Source: an uncultured Eubacteriales bacterium
GTDB taxonomy: Bacteria; Bacillota; Clostridia; Lachnospirales; Vallitaleaceae
Assembly: GCA_964563505.1 (NCBI GenBank)
Contig: CAZLXW010000008.1
Coordinates: forward strand, 14,935 to 78,934
DNA length: 64,000 nucleotides
Direction of reading: 5' to 3'
Below, in pieces: positions 18,129-27,437 of the stretch. Each line of letters opens with the position of its first letter. The stretch's first letter is position 1. The notes under the pieces are model-generated. The model had not been told where the DNA came from. It saw only the letters and a list, made by a program, of their open reading frames with translations, and did not search any database. The position numbers were made by a program, and so were the translations under genes.

Positions 18129-19151
18129 ATGAAAAAAATTGTTACTTTAGGCGAAATTATGTTAAGATTATCTCCGCCAGATAAGCAACGCTTTGTACAA
18201 GCGCAAAGCTTTGATGTTATATATGGTGGTGGTGAAGCAAACGTTGCGGTTTCATTAGCTAACTATGGAATGGATGCACGCTTTGTATCAAAGTTACCTA
18301 ACAATCCGATTGGACAAAGTGCTATTAATCATTTGAGAAATTATGGTGTTAATACAGATTATATTGTTCGTGGTGGTGAACGTGTAGGTATTTATTATCT
18401 TGAGCACGGTGCATCCATGCGTGCATCTCAAGTTGTGTATGACCGTGCAAATTCATCAATTGCAGAAGCAACAGCTGCTGATTTTGATTTCGATGCTATT
18501 TTTGAAGGTGTTGATTGGTTCCATTTTTCCGGAATTACACCGGCGCTGGGTAAAGAAGCTGCAATTTTAACAGAGGAAGCATTAAAAGCTGCAAAGCGTA
18601 ATAATGTTATGGTTTCTGTTGACTTAAACTATCGTAAGAAACTCTGGTCACCGGAAGAAGCAAAAGCATGCATGACAAACTTAATGCAATATGTTGATGT
18701 ATGTATCGGTAACGAAGAAGATGCAGAAAAAGTTTTAGGTTTTAAGCCGGGTACTACTGATGTAACATCAGGTGAGTTAGAATTAGATGGTTATAAGAGC
18801 ATCTTCAAGCAAATGAAGGATCAATTTGGATTTAAGTACGTTGTAACAACACTTAGAGAGAGTCATTCAGCATCTGATAACGGTTGGTCAGCATTGATTT
18901 ATGATGGGAATGAATTCTACGAATCTAAGCATTACGATATTCGAATTATTGACCGTGTTGGTGGTGGAGATTCTTTTGCAGGGGGATTGATTTATGGTCT
19001 CTTATCTAGTGATGACTTTAAATATGCATTAGAATTTGCGGTAGGCGCATCTGCTTTAAAGCACACAATTTTTGGTGATGCAAACTTAGTAACTGTTGAT
19101 GAGGTAAAAACACTTATTGAAGGTGATGCATCCGGTCGTGTTCAAAGATAA
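18129..19151 (+). CDS. kdgK: 2-dehydro-3-deoxygluconokinase (PfkB family)
   Basis: PfkB motifs GGGEANVAV and DRVGGGDSFAGG. It lies directly downstream of eda. Confidence 0.88.
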   Translation: MKKIVTLGEIMLRLSPPDKQRFVQAQSFDVIYGGGEANVAVSLANYGMDARFVSKLPNNPIGQSAINHLRNYGVNTDYIVRGGERVGIYYLEHGASMRASQVVYDRANSSIAEATAADFDFDAIFEGVDWFHFSGITPALGKEAAILTEEALKAAKRNNVMVSVDLNYRKKLWSPEEAKACMTNLMQYVDVCIGNEEDAEKVLGFKPGTTDVTSGELELDGYKSIFKQMKDQFGFKYVVTTLRESHSASDNGWSALIYDGNEFYESKHYDIRIIDRVGGGDSFAGGLIYGLLSSDDFKYALEFAVGASALKHTIFGDANLVTVDEVKTLIEGDASGRVQR

Positions 19152-19160
19152 ATATTCGAT

Positions 19161-19190
19161 TTGACATCAATAGAAAATACATAGTATAAT
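19161..19190 (+). promoter_or_regulatory. Consensus-like promoter between kdgK and the GntR gene
   Basis: TTGACA-18 nt-TATAAT. Confidence 0.5.
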
Positions 19191-19206
19191 ATCAGGCAGG
19201 CTTAAT

Positions 19207-19244
19207 AACTGATATTGGGTCATAAGTCCCAATATCAGTTTTTT
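19207..19244 (+). terminator. Rho-independent terminator-like hairpin (downstream of kdgK and of the 19161 promoter)
   Basis: AACTGATATTGGG-tcataagt-CCCAATATCAGTT followed by TTTTT. Confidence 0.8.
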
Positions 19245-19276
19245 AATCGCCGTTTTGCATGATAGAGGAGGACAAG

Positions 19277-19966
19277 ATGGGAATCTATGATAAAGGTATT
19301 CTATCTGAAAAAGTTGCTGATGATATTCGTCAAATGATTATGGAAAAGAACCTTTCGCCAGGTGATAAATTACCGAATGAGATTGAGATGTCAGAGTTGA
19401 TCAATGTCAGTCGGTCAACCGTTCGTGAAGCCATAAAAATATTAGTTTCAACGAATGTGCTTGAAGTTAAACGTGGTCGCGGAACCTTTGTAACCAGTAA
19501 TCCGGGCGTGTCAAATGATCCGCTGGGCTTATATTTTATGGAAGAAGATAATTTGCTATTGCATTTTTTTGAAATGCGTTTAATTTTAGAACCACAGATG
19601 ATTCGACTTGCAGCAATTCGAGGAACGGATGAAGACCTTCATCGCATTGAAAAGGCCTATGAAGAAGTCTGTGAAAAAATCAAAATAGGTAAAAATCATA
19701 CAGGCGCCGATATTCGCTTTCATAATTCGATTGCAGAAGCAACGCATAACCCCATAATGAATCGAATTATTCCTATTATTAATAATGGGATCAAAGGGGG
19801 ATATGCAAAAACGAAAGATAATCCTGAGATGAGTGAAGTTGTCCTTGCGGATCATAAAAAGATTATGGAGGCTTTGCTTGAGCGAGATCCGGATAAAGCT
19901 TATCAAGCAATGGAACATCATATTCATTATGGTATGGAACGGTGTAAGCTCCATTACTCATTATAA
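19277..19966 (+). CDS. GntR-family (FadR subfamily) transcriptional regulator
   Basis: Winged-helix GntR N-terminus (LPNEIEMSELINVSRSTVREAIKIL) plus a FadR-type helical FCD C-domain. ATG 19277 follows GAGGAGGA. Confidence 0.88.
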   Translation: MGIYDKGILSEKVADDIRQMIMEKNLSPGDKLPNEIEMSELINVSRSTVREAIKILVSTNVLEVKRGRGTFVTSNPGVSNDPLGLYFMEEDNLLLHFFEMRLILEPQMIRLAAIRGTDEDLHRIEKAYEEVCEKIKIGKNHTGADIRFHNSIAEATHNPIMNRIIPIINNGIKGGYAKTKDNPEMSEVVLADHKKIMEALLERDPDKAYQAMEHHIHYGMERCKLHYSL

Positions 19967-20021
19967 TTTTAAGGCCAACCATCTGTTGACAAATAGGTGG
20001 TTTTTTTGTATTATAATATTA

Positions 20022-20048
20022 TCAGCACTCTTGTCAAGAGAGTGCTAA
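20022..20048. promoter_or_regulatory. CIRCE element (HrcA operator) upstream of clpB
   Basis: TCAGCACTC-N9-GAGTGCTAA against the consensus TTAGCACTC-N9-GAGTGCTAA (one mismatch). It ends 19 nt before the clpB ATG. Confidence 0.85.
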
Positions 20049-20066
20049 CGGAAAGGAGAATGCGCT

Positions 20067-22670
20067 ATGAATACTGAAAAAATGACGCAAAAAACATTGG
20101 AAAGCATCGAGACGGCACAAAAAATGGCAATAAAATTAAATCATTCACAGATAGATACATTACATTTACATTATGGATTACTCGAAGATTCAAAAGGGTT
20201 AATCGCCAATGTCTTAAATTACATGAATATTCCGGTCGATTCTTATCGTGAACAAGTGTTGAAAACACTTTATAAAGAACCCCAAGTTCAAACCGATCAA
20301 AGAGACTTATATGCATCACGGGAGCTGAATAAGATACTTATTGAAGCTGAAGATATAGCAAAGAACTTAAAAGATGATTATATAAGTGTCGAACATATAT
20401 ATTTGGCAATAATTGACCTTGCAAAAGGTGTGAATCGAAAAATTATTACTGAGATGGGGGTTACCAAAGATATTTTTTTAAATGGCTTAAAAAAAATAAG
20501 AGAAAACAAACGTGTCACATCACAAAATCCGGAAAATGAATATAATGCTCTTGAGAAGTTTGGCCGTAATTTAGTGGATATGGCAAGAGAAGGAAAGCTT
20601 GATCCTGTCATAGGACGCGATGAAGAAATTCGAAGGGCAATTCGAATCCTATCTCGTCGAACGAAAAATAATCCTGTACTTATTGGAGAACCGGGAGTAG
20701 GCAAAACAGCGGTTGTTGAAGGATTGGCTCAACGTGTTCTTGCTGGAGATGTTCCGGAAGGATTAAAGGATAAGATGATTTATGCACTTGATATGGGAGC
20801 GCTTATCGCCGGTGCTAAATACCGGGGTGAATTTGAGGAACGCTTGAAAAGTGTGCTTACAGCGATTCAAGAATCCCAAGGGAAAATCATACTTTTTATT
20901 GATGAACTTCATACAATCGTCGGAGCAGGTAAAACGGAAGGTTCTATGGATGCAGGTAATTTGTTGAAACCAATGTTAGCACGTGGTGAATTACGATTAA
21001 TCGGTGCGACAACCTTGGATGAATACCGTAAGTATATTGAAAAAGATGCTGCATTAGAACGTCGCTTCCAACCCATAATTGTTAATGAGCCTTCTGTTGA
21101 AGCAACAATAGCTATTCTTCGGGGACTTAAAGAACGTTTTGAAATCCATCATGGAGTACGTATCACGGATGGGGCAATCATTGCTTGTGCCAAATTATCC
21201 CATCGTTATATTTCGGATCGATTTTTGCCGGACAAAGCCATTGATTTAATGGATGAGGCCTTGGCAATGCTTCGAACAGATATCGACTCTATGCCTCAAG
21301 AGGTGGATACGCTATCACGATCCATTATGCAAAAAGAAATTGAAAAAGAGGCTATGTCCAAGGAAACAGATCAAGATTCAGCCCTTAGACGTCAAGAACT
21401 TGAGCGTGAAATTTCCGAACTTAAAGAAGAATTTCATATTCTTAAATCAAAATGGGAAGTAGAAAAGGCCGCAATCACTAAGGAAAAAGAAGTTAAAGAA
21501 CAGATTGAAGAGGTTAAACATCAGATTGAAGAGGCTGAACGTAACTATAATCTTGAAGAATTAGCTCAACTTCGTTATGGAAGGCTGGCAGAACTGAATA
21601 AACAGCTTGAAGAAATAGAAGATACACATAAAGAGCCTCAAGAAGGGGCATTATTAAAAGAAGAAGTAACAGAATTTGAAATTTCTCAAATTATATCAAA
21701 ATGGACAGGTATACCTATCACAAAATTGGCAGAAACAGAGAAAACGAAGCTGCTTAATTTGGAAAAAATTCTTCATGAGCGTGTTATTGGTCAAGACCAA
21801 GCAGTTACGGCAGTCAGTGATGCGGTTATTCGAGCGCGTGCCGGACTCAAAGATCCGTCAAAACCTATTGGATCCTTTATTTTCTTGGGGCCCACAGGTG
21901 TCGGAAAAACTGAACTCGCAAAAACACTTGCTCATGCCATGTTTGATGATGAAGACAACATGGTGCGTATTGATATGAGCGAATATATGGAACGTCATGC
22001 GGTTTCACGACTTATTGGCGCCCCGCCGGGATATGTTGGATATGAGCAAGGAGGACAATTAACAGAAGCAGTTCGAAGAAAACCCTATAGTGTTATTTTG
22101 TTTGATGAAATTGAAAAAGCCCATCCGGAAGTGTTTAATGTCTTGTTGCAATTGCTTGATGATGGGCGATTAACAGATAATCAAGGACATCTTGTTGATT
22201 TTAAAAACACCCTTGTCATTATGACGTCAAATATTGGCAGCAATATATTACTCGATTATATGAATCAATCAATAAATGACAGTGAAATACCTTCAGAGAT
22301 TAAAGACCAGATTATGAACCTTATGCATCAAACCTTTAAACCGGAGTTATTAAATCGGATTGATGAGATTGTTCTTTTTACACCATTGACAATGGAAGCA
22401 ATTAAGGGTATTGTAGATTTGACACTTGATCAATTAAGACGCCGTCTTGCAGATCGGCATATGACCCTTGACGTCACAGAACATGCTTTGGAAAAAATGG
22501 CTCATGACAGTTATAATCCTGTGTTTGGAGCTAGGCCGGTCAAACGTTTTGTTCAGTCTGTCATTGAAACACAATTAGGAAAAGCACTTATTGCAGATCA
22601 ATTTAAAGATGGAGATGGTATTGTTATTGATTATTCAGAAGATAACTATCAATTTTCGGTAAAGGAGTAA
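20067..22670 (+). CDS. clpB: ATP-dependent chaperone ClpB
   Basis: 867 aa. Clp_N repeats, two AAA modules ([18 protein letters not shown]) and a long coiled-coil middle domain. Confidence 0.97.
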   Translation: MNTEKMTQKTLESIETAQKMAIKLNHSQIDTLHLHYGLLEDSKGLIANVLNYMNIPVDSYREQVLKTLYKEPQVQTDQRDLYASRELNKILIEAEDIAKNLKDDYISVEHIYLAIIDLAKGVNRKIITEMGVTKDIFLNGLKKIRENKRVTSQNPENEYNALEKFGRNLVDMAREGKLDPVIGRDEEIRRAIRILSRRTKNNPVLIGEPGVGKTAVVEGLAQRVLAGDVPEGLKDKMIYALDMGALIAGAKYRGEFEERLKSVLTAIQESQGKIILFIDELHTIVGAGKTEGSMDAGNLLKPMLARGELRLIGATTLDEYRKYIEKDAALERRFQPIIVNEPSVEATIAILRGLKERFEIHHGVRITDGAIIACAKLSHRYISDRFLPDKAIDLMDEALAMLRTDIDSMPQEVDTLSRSIMQKEIEKEAMSKETDQDSALRRQELEREISELKEEFHILKSKWEVEKAAITKEKEVKEQIEEVKHQIEEAERNYNLEELAQLRYGRLAELNKQLEEIEDTHKEPQEGALLKEEVTEFEISQIISKWTGIPITKLAETEKTKLLNLEKILHERVIGQDQAVTAVSDAVIRARAGLKDPSKPIGSFIFLGPTGVGKTELAKTLAHAMFDDEDNMVRIDMSEYMERHAVSRLIGAPPGYVGYEQGGQLTEAVRRKPYSVILFDEIEKAHPEVFNVLLQLLDDGRLTDNQGHLVDFKNTLVIMTSNIGSNILLDYMNQSINDSEIPSEIKDQIMNLMHQTFKPELLNRIDEIVLFTPLTMEAIKGIVDLTLDQLRRRLADRHMTLDVTEHALEKMAHDSYNPVFGARPVKRFVQSVIETQLGKALIADQFKDGDGIVIDYSEDNYQFSVKE

Positions 22671-22673
22671 TGA

Positions 22674-23021
22674 ATGATTACAATTTATTGTTATCCCAAA
22701 TGTAGTACATGTAAAAAAACCTTAAAATGGTTAGATGAGCATAAGATAGAATATGTTGAAAAAGACATTAACCGAGAAACTCCGAATCAAGAGATGCTTA
22801 TAGATATAATAAAGCGAAGTAATATGCCCCTAAGACGTTTTTTCAACACCTCGGGCATGATTTATCGTGAAAGATGTTTAAAGGACGTCGTTGACTCTCT
22901 GTCGATTGAGGAGGCCGCTAATATGTTATCCCAAGAAGGTATGTTAATAAAAAGGCCTTTGATTGTTCAAGATGATACTATTATTTTAGGCTATAATGAA
23001 AAAGAGTTAATAAAATTATAA
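22674..23021 (+). CDS. ArsC/Spx-family thioredoxin-fold protein
   Basis: 115 aa. N-terminal CSTC (CxxC) and C-terminal KRPLIV..D....LGYNE motif. Starts 3 nt after the clpB stop. Confidence 0.75.
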   Translation: MITIYCYPKCSTCKKTLKWLDEHKIEYVEKDINRETPNQEMLIDIIKRSNMPLRRFFNTSGMIYRERCLKDVVDSLSIEEAANMLSQEGMLIKRPLIVQDDTIILGYNEKELIKL

Positions 23022-23079
23022 TATTCTTTATCTAGAGATATGTTATAATATACATACTAAATGAACAAGAGGTGATAAA

Positions 23080-23598
23080 ATGGGACGAAATAGTTTTGGA
23101 AAGTTAGTTTTTTTGGGCTCAGTAATCGGGACAGCAACATGGGTCTACAGGAAATATGATGCAGTTCGTACAATGTATAACAAAGTTTATATGTTTAAAG
23201 GTGAACAATTAGTCTATGACCATTTCGATGGTAATGCAATGGCAGCGATGTTTTCAGGTATTGAGATTAATCTAAAAGATGCTGCTTTTGAAGAAGATGA
23301 AGTTTACTTAGATATTTATGCTTTATGCAGTGGGATTAAACTCATCGTACCCTCACATGTAGAAGTTATTTGTGATGGAACCGTAAAGGCTAGTGGTGTT
23401 CAAATTAATCAAGATGAATTTGTGGAAAAGACAGTACAATTATACTTGAATTATGATTTAACAGCATCAGGCTTAATGGTTACGGATGCGCAGCCGGCTC
23501 CTAATCAAGATGATTTGTCAGAGGTCGAGGATTTCATCGATGAAGTTATCGAAGAAACGTTAGAAGAAACAATAGAAGATATACAACCTAGCACATAA
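23080..23598 (+). CDS. Membrane-anchored protein with LiaF-like C-terminal domain
   Basis: One N-terminal TM segment. FSGIEINLKDA...LDIYALCSGIKLIVPSHVEV resembles the LiaF/DUF2154 beta-domain. The C-terminal tail is acidic. Confidence 0.5.
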   Translation: MGRNSFGKLVFLGSVIGTATWVYRKYDAVRTMYNKVYMFKGEQLVYDHFDGNAMAAMFSGIEINLKDAAFEEDEVYLDIYALCSGIKLIVPSHVEVICDGTVKASGVQINQDEFVEKTVQLYLNYDLTASGLMVTDAQPAPNQDDLSEVEDFIDEVIEETLEETIEDIQPST

Positions 23599-23619
23599 AA
23601 TAGACAAGTAGGTATAATC

Positions 23620-24423
23620 ATGAAGTTTTTAGATCGTTTACAGCGTAAGTTCGGAAAGTTTGCAATTCCGAACTTAATGCTATATATTGTTTTTGCGAAT
23701 GCTGCGGTATTTATATTAGAGTTATTAGATTCAACACCCTTGAGTCATCTATTAATGCTGATTCCAGACCGTGTATTTGCAGGTGAAGTATGGCGTCTTA
23801 TCACGTTTATTATGATTCCGCCAACCAATAGTGTAATCTTTATTATTTTCGTTTTGTATTTTTATTATTTAATCGGAAATACCTTAGAACAAGCGTGGGG
23901 AAGCTTTAAGTTTAATGTGTACTATTTTACCGGTGTTGTCATGCTTATTGCCACAAGTTTACTCTTTGGTATTACAGCTAGTTCAACCTATTTGAATATG
24001 ACCTTGTTTTTTGCTTTTGCCCGTTTGCATCCGGAATTTCAAGTGCGTATATACTTTGTTTTACCGGTTAAGATCAAGTATTTGGCTTATTTTAGTGCCG
24101 GATTATTAGTTTTCCAATTTATTATCGGTGGAGTATCAACGAAAATCAGTGTTCTAGCAGGTGTTACAAATTTCTTTTTGTTTTTTGGGAAAGAGATTGT
24201 GATGAACCGAAAGACACGTATCAAGAGTCAAGTAAGAAAACAACAGTATGATAAAGGTGTGACACGAAAAAATGAGCATGCACATCAATGCACCGTTTGC
24301 GGAATCACAGAAATCCAAAATCCAACAATGGAGTTTAGATATTGTTCAAAATGTGATGGACATCATGAATATTGTATGGAACATCTGAATGATCATGAAC
24401 ATATAAAAGAGACCACACACTAA
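23620..24423 (+). CDS. Polytopic membrane protein, distant rhomboid-like core, with C-terminal Cys/His zinc-ribbon-like tail
   Basis: GEVWRLITFIM resembles the rhomboid WR loop, but no GxSG/His catalytic motifs are seen. The tail is CTVCG...CSKCDGHHEYCMEHLNDHEH. Confidence 0.45.
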   Translation: MKFLDRLQRKFGKFAIPNLMLYIVFANAAVFILELLDSTPLSHLLMLIPDRVFAGEVWRLITFIMIPPTNSVIFIIFVLYFYYLIGNTLEQAWGSFKFNVYYFTGVVMLIATSLLFGITASSTYLNMTLFFAFARLHPEFQVRIYFVLPVKIKYLAYFSAGLLVFQFIIGGVSTKISVLAGVTNFFLFFGKEIVMNRKTRIKSQVRKQQYDKGVTRKNEHAHQCTVCGITEIQNPTMEFRYCSKCDGHHEYCMEHLNDHEHIKETTH

Positions 24424-24869
24424 TCAATAAGTGGTAATGATAAGGTATAGAAGATGTCGTTTGTGTCTACAAGGGACATCTTTTGTTGTATGCTGTGAAT
24501 AATAATTGAATCTCTTAAATCTTTAGGGTGTAAAGGGTGATGACCGGCATAGGTCAATAAACGCTGAGACTCTTCTAGAGTTGAATGGAGAGATAGAATG
24601 ATGGATAAGACCTTTTCACGTGAAGGATGCTTTTGCCCGGAAAAAATCTCATAGGCATACTGCCGTGATATTCCTGAGAGATAGATTAATTTACTTTTGG
24701 TCAGGTTGTACTTGTTTAAAAGGAAAATTAAATAATCAGCGAGTGATGGTCGGTAGAGTTGTTCGGAGTTATTTTCAATGAATGTGTAAATATTTCTGGT
24801 TTCTTTTATTTCTTCAAATAATACTTCGGTATCCTTATCTGTAAGAATTGTTTTTTTTGGATTAGACAT
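24420..24869 (-). CDS. XRE-type helix-turn-helix transcriptional regulator
   Basis: Internal ATG 24869 of track ORF 24420..25121 is preceded by AAAGGGGA. The HTH is LTKSKLIYLSGISRQYAYEIFSGQKHP. Confidence 0.65.
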   Translation of the reverse strand: MSNPKKTILTDKDTEVLFEEIKETRNIYTFIENNSEQLYRPSLADYLIFLLNKYNLTKSKLIYLSGISRQYAYEIFSGQKHPSREKVLSIILSLHSTLEESQRLLTYAGHHPLHPKDLRDSIIIHSIQQKMSLVDTNDIFYTLSLPLID

Positions 24870-24948
24870 AATATATTCCCCTTTTTGAATATTTATTAAA
24901 AATAGTATATCATAATAAGAGACAAAGACAAAGAAAGGATAGAGAAAA

Positions 24949-26184
24949 TTGCTAAAAAATCGATTATCAAATTTATTAACACCAATTGTTGATCCTGAAA
25001 GTGGACTTGGAGTTATTGTCATCTTTGTTATGATGACAGTCATGGCATTATTGTTAGCGATACTTGTCGACCGCATTGCAATTGCTGTCGTAAATCGAAT
25101 CGTGAAAAAAATAGTGTTCAAAACGCCAACGAAAAAAGATGAACTAATCTATGAGCGAAAAGTTTTTCACTGGATTGCTCATTATATTCCAATCATCATC
25201 TTGTATTTGTTTAGTTTCTCCTATGAGGATTTAGGAAAAATCATACGTCACATTCTTGTGTTTATTGGCATTAGTATAACCGTTATTGCACTATATAAAC
25301 TCCTTGATGCAGTAAATGACATATATAATCTAAAACCATATGCTAGAGATATGCCGATTAAAGGTCTTCTCCAAGTTATCAAGATTATTGTTTTAGTGTT
25401 TGCTTTGGTTATTGGATTGGTGAACTTTAGTAGTAGCGGTTCAGCTTTAGCGCTATTGTCAAGTATTGGTGGTATGTCAGCCGTACTTATATTGGTTTTT
25501 AGAGATAGTATATTAGGCTTAGTTGCCGGCATACAATTATCAACCAATAATTTGTTAAGTATCGGAGATTGGATTGAAATGCCGCAGTTTAGAGCCAATG
25601 GGGAAGTTATTGATGTCTCCCTTACAAAAGTCTCCGTAGCCAACTGGGATAAAACCATTACCCATATACCTGCATACAAGTTTATAGAAGAAGCCTTTAT
25701 TAACTGGGAAGGGATGAGCAAATCAGGCGCGCGACGAATTTCGCGTCAAATTGTTCTTGATGGAGGGTGTGTTGGTTTCCTAGAAGCTGACCAAATAGAA
25801 AGCCTAAAAAAAGTCAGATTGTTAAGGACCTATTTAGAAGAAAAAGAGAAGGAGGTTGTCGAACACAACACAATCGTTCAAGATACACATCCTTTAAATC
25901 AAAGAGGCCTAACAAATATCGGAACACTTCGTATATATATTCGCGAGTACTTAAAGACACATCCTTCAATTAGTAAAGATTTTATAGTTATGGTAAGACA
26001 ATTAGAATCGACAGGACAAGGGATACCTTTGCAAATTTATTGTTTCTGTAACGATATACGTTGGAATAATTATGAAGAAATACAAGCGAATATTTTCGAA
26101 CATATTTTTTCTGTGCTTCCATATTTTGGCTTATCCCTATTTCAAGTGCCTACCGGACAAGATTTTGCTAAGATTCAAAAATAA
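24949..26184 (+). CDS. Mechanosensitive ion channel (MscS family)
   Basis: Several TM helices, then the MscS beta-domain motif (GDWIEMP...GEVIDVSLTKVSVANWDKTITHIPAYKF). The start is TTG. Confidence 0.85.
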   Translation: MLKNRLSNLLTPIVDPESGLGVIVIFVMMTVMALLLAILVDRIAIAVVNRIVKKIVFKTPTKKDELIYERKVFHWIAHYIPIIILYLFSFSYEDLGKIIRHILVFIGISITVIALYKLLDAVNDIYNLKPYARDMPIKGLLQVIKIIVLVFALVIGLVNFSSSGSALALLSSIGGMSAVLILVFRDSILGLVAGIQLSTNNLLSIGDWIEMPQFRANGEVIDVSLTKVSVANWDKTITHIPAYKFIEEAFINWEGMSKSGARRISRQIVLDGGCVGFLEADQIESLKKVRLLRTYLEEKEKEVVEHNTIVQDTHPLNQRGLTNIGTLRIYIREYLKTHPSISKDFIVMVRQLESTGQGIPLQIYCFCNDIRWNNYEEIQANIFEHIFSVLPYFGLSLFQVPTGQDFAKIQK

Positions 26185-26188
26185 ACGC

Positions 26189-26217
26189 TTGTAACGTGGT
26201 GAAGTATATGATAAAAT
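26189..26217 (+). promoter_or_regulatory. Sigma-A-type promoter (extended -10) of the serC operon
   Basis: TTGTAA-17 nt-TAAAAT, preceded by TGa. Confidence 0.55.
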
Positions 26218-26317
26218 GTTAACAGTGTACGCGCGAGATATACGAATGTTTCCCACAGGAAAACTCTGTGCATTAATGGCGTAAACAAATAAATTCTGAC
26301 AAATAGGAGTGATAATA

Positions 26318-27400
26318 ATGGAACGTGTGTATAATTTTTCAGCTGGACCATCAACGTTGCCTGAGGAAGTATTAAAAACTGCAGCGAGCGAATTAGTGAA
26401 TTATCAAGACGCAGGAATGAGTGTCATGGAGATGAGTCACCGATCGGCAGCGTATAGTAAGATTATTGAAGAAGCTAAACAAGACTTTATTGACTTATTA
26501 TCAATACCTGACAACTATGAAGTCTTATTTTTACAAGGTGGAGCATCACTTCAATTTGCAATGATTCCTTTGAACATTGGAACAAAAAACAAAAAAGCTC
26601 AATTTATTAATACAGGTGCCTGGTCAAAAAAAGCAATTTCAGAAGCCAAAAAATTTATCGATGTTGAAGTGCTAGCTTCATCAGAAGATGATACATTTTC
26701 ATATATACCTGACTTGAGTAAAATCGATATCGATCCAAATTCAGATTACTTTTACATCACATCGAATAATACAATTTACGGTACGGAATTCACAAGCTTA
26801 CCGGACACAAAAGGTGTACCGGTAGTTGCAGACATGTCGTCAAATATTTTGTCAAAACCGATTAATGTTTCAGATTATGGAATAATATTTGCCGGTGCGC
26901 AAAAGAATATGGGACCGGCGGGAATGACCGTTGTTATTATACGTAAGGACCTTATTGCAGAAGTTTCAGAGACGGTGCCGACAATGTTGAAATACTCAAC
27001 ACATGCTGAAAATGACTCCATGTTTAATACACCACCGACCTATAGTATTTATGTTGCTGGCTTAGTATTTAAATGGTTAAAAGAAAATGGCGGATTAGAA
27101 GCAATCGAAAAAGTAAATACGGAAAAAGCTGATTTGTTGTATGACTATCTTGATTCCACAGAATTTTATGTGGCACCGGTCGATAAAGCGAGTCGTTCAA
27201 AAATGAATGTAACCTTTATATGCAAAGATGATGCATTAAATGCAGACTTTATCAAAGAAGCTTTAGCCCAAGGCATGGTTAATCTTAAAGGACATCGTAG
27301 TGTCGGTGGTATGCGGGCGAGTATATACAATGCGATGCCGGTAGAAGGTGTACAAAAGTTAGTCGATTTTATGAAAGCATTTGAAGCAAAACATTTATAA
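26318..27400 (+). CDS. serC: Phosphoserine aminotransferase
   Basis: MERVYNFSAGPSTLPEEVL, GAQKNMGPAGMTVVII and HRSVGGMRASIYNAMP are classical SerC motifs. ATG 26318 follows AGGAG. Confidence 0.95.
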   Translation: MERVYNFSAGPSTLPEEVLKTAASELVNYQDAGMSVMEMSHRSAAYSKIIEEAKQDFIDLLSIPDNYEVLFLQGGASLQFAMIPLNIGTKNKKAQFINTGAWSKKAISEAKKFIDVEVLASSEDDTFSYIPDLSKIDIDPNSDYFYITSNNTIYGTEFTSLPDTKGVPVVADMSSNILSKPINVSDYGIIFAGAQKNMGPAGMTVVIIRKDLIAEVSETVPTMLKYSTHAENDSMFNTPPTYSIYVAGLVFKWLKENGGLEAIEKVNTEKADLLYDYLDSTEFYVAPVDKASRSKMNVTFICKDDALNADFIKEALAQGMVNLKGHRSVGGMRASIYNAMPVEGVQKLVDFMKAFEAKHL

Positions 27401-27437
27401 TTGATACAAAAATAGATTGAACACATTGGAGGATAAA

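Noticed and set aside
20007-20017. An extended -10 (TGnTATAAT) assignment for the clpB promoter, and TTGACA-TATAAT pairing with TATAAT at 20012.
   Set aside because: TATAAT at 20012 is 20 nt from the -35, which is too far. The 17-nt partner is TATTAT (20009-20014), and the TG abuts it without the spacer nucleotide. I therefore call only a plain promoter-like pair.
24870-25121. An 84-codon N-terminal extension of track ORF 24420..25121 (-), which would overlap the mscS start.
   Set aside because: The extension is low-complexity and hydrophobic, has no RBS, and runs through the divergent promoter region. The internal ATG 24869 has an AAAGGGGA RBS and yields a complete XRE-type protein.
25248-25721. 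A 157-aa antisense ORF inside mscS. There are similar cases at 14080-14454, 19586-19954, 12645-12980, 17437-17766 and 20378-20704.
   Set aside because: All lie wholly within strongly supported genes on the opposite strand, with no independent signals. I treat them as spurious.
26218-26317. The roughly 95-nt serC leader as a possible T-box or riboswitch.
   Set aside because: It is too short for a T-box, and I found no T-box (AGGGTGGNACCGCG-like) sequence or specifier architecture. Only a 5-bp CACAG/CTGTG hairpin is present, and I recognise no match to a riboswitch consensus.
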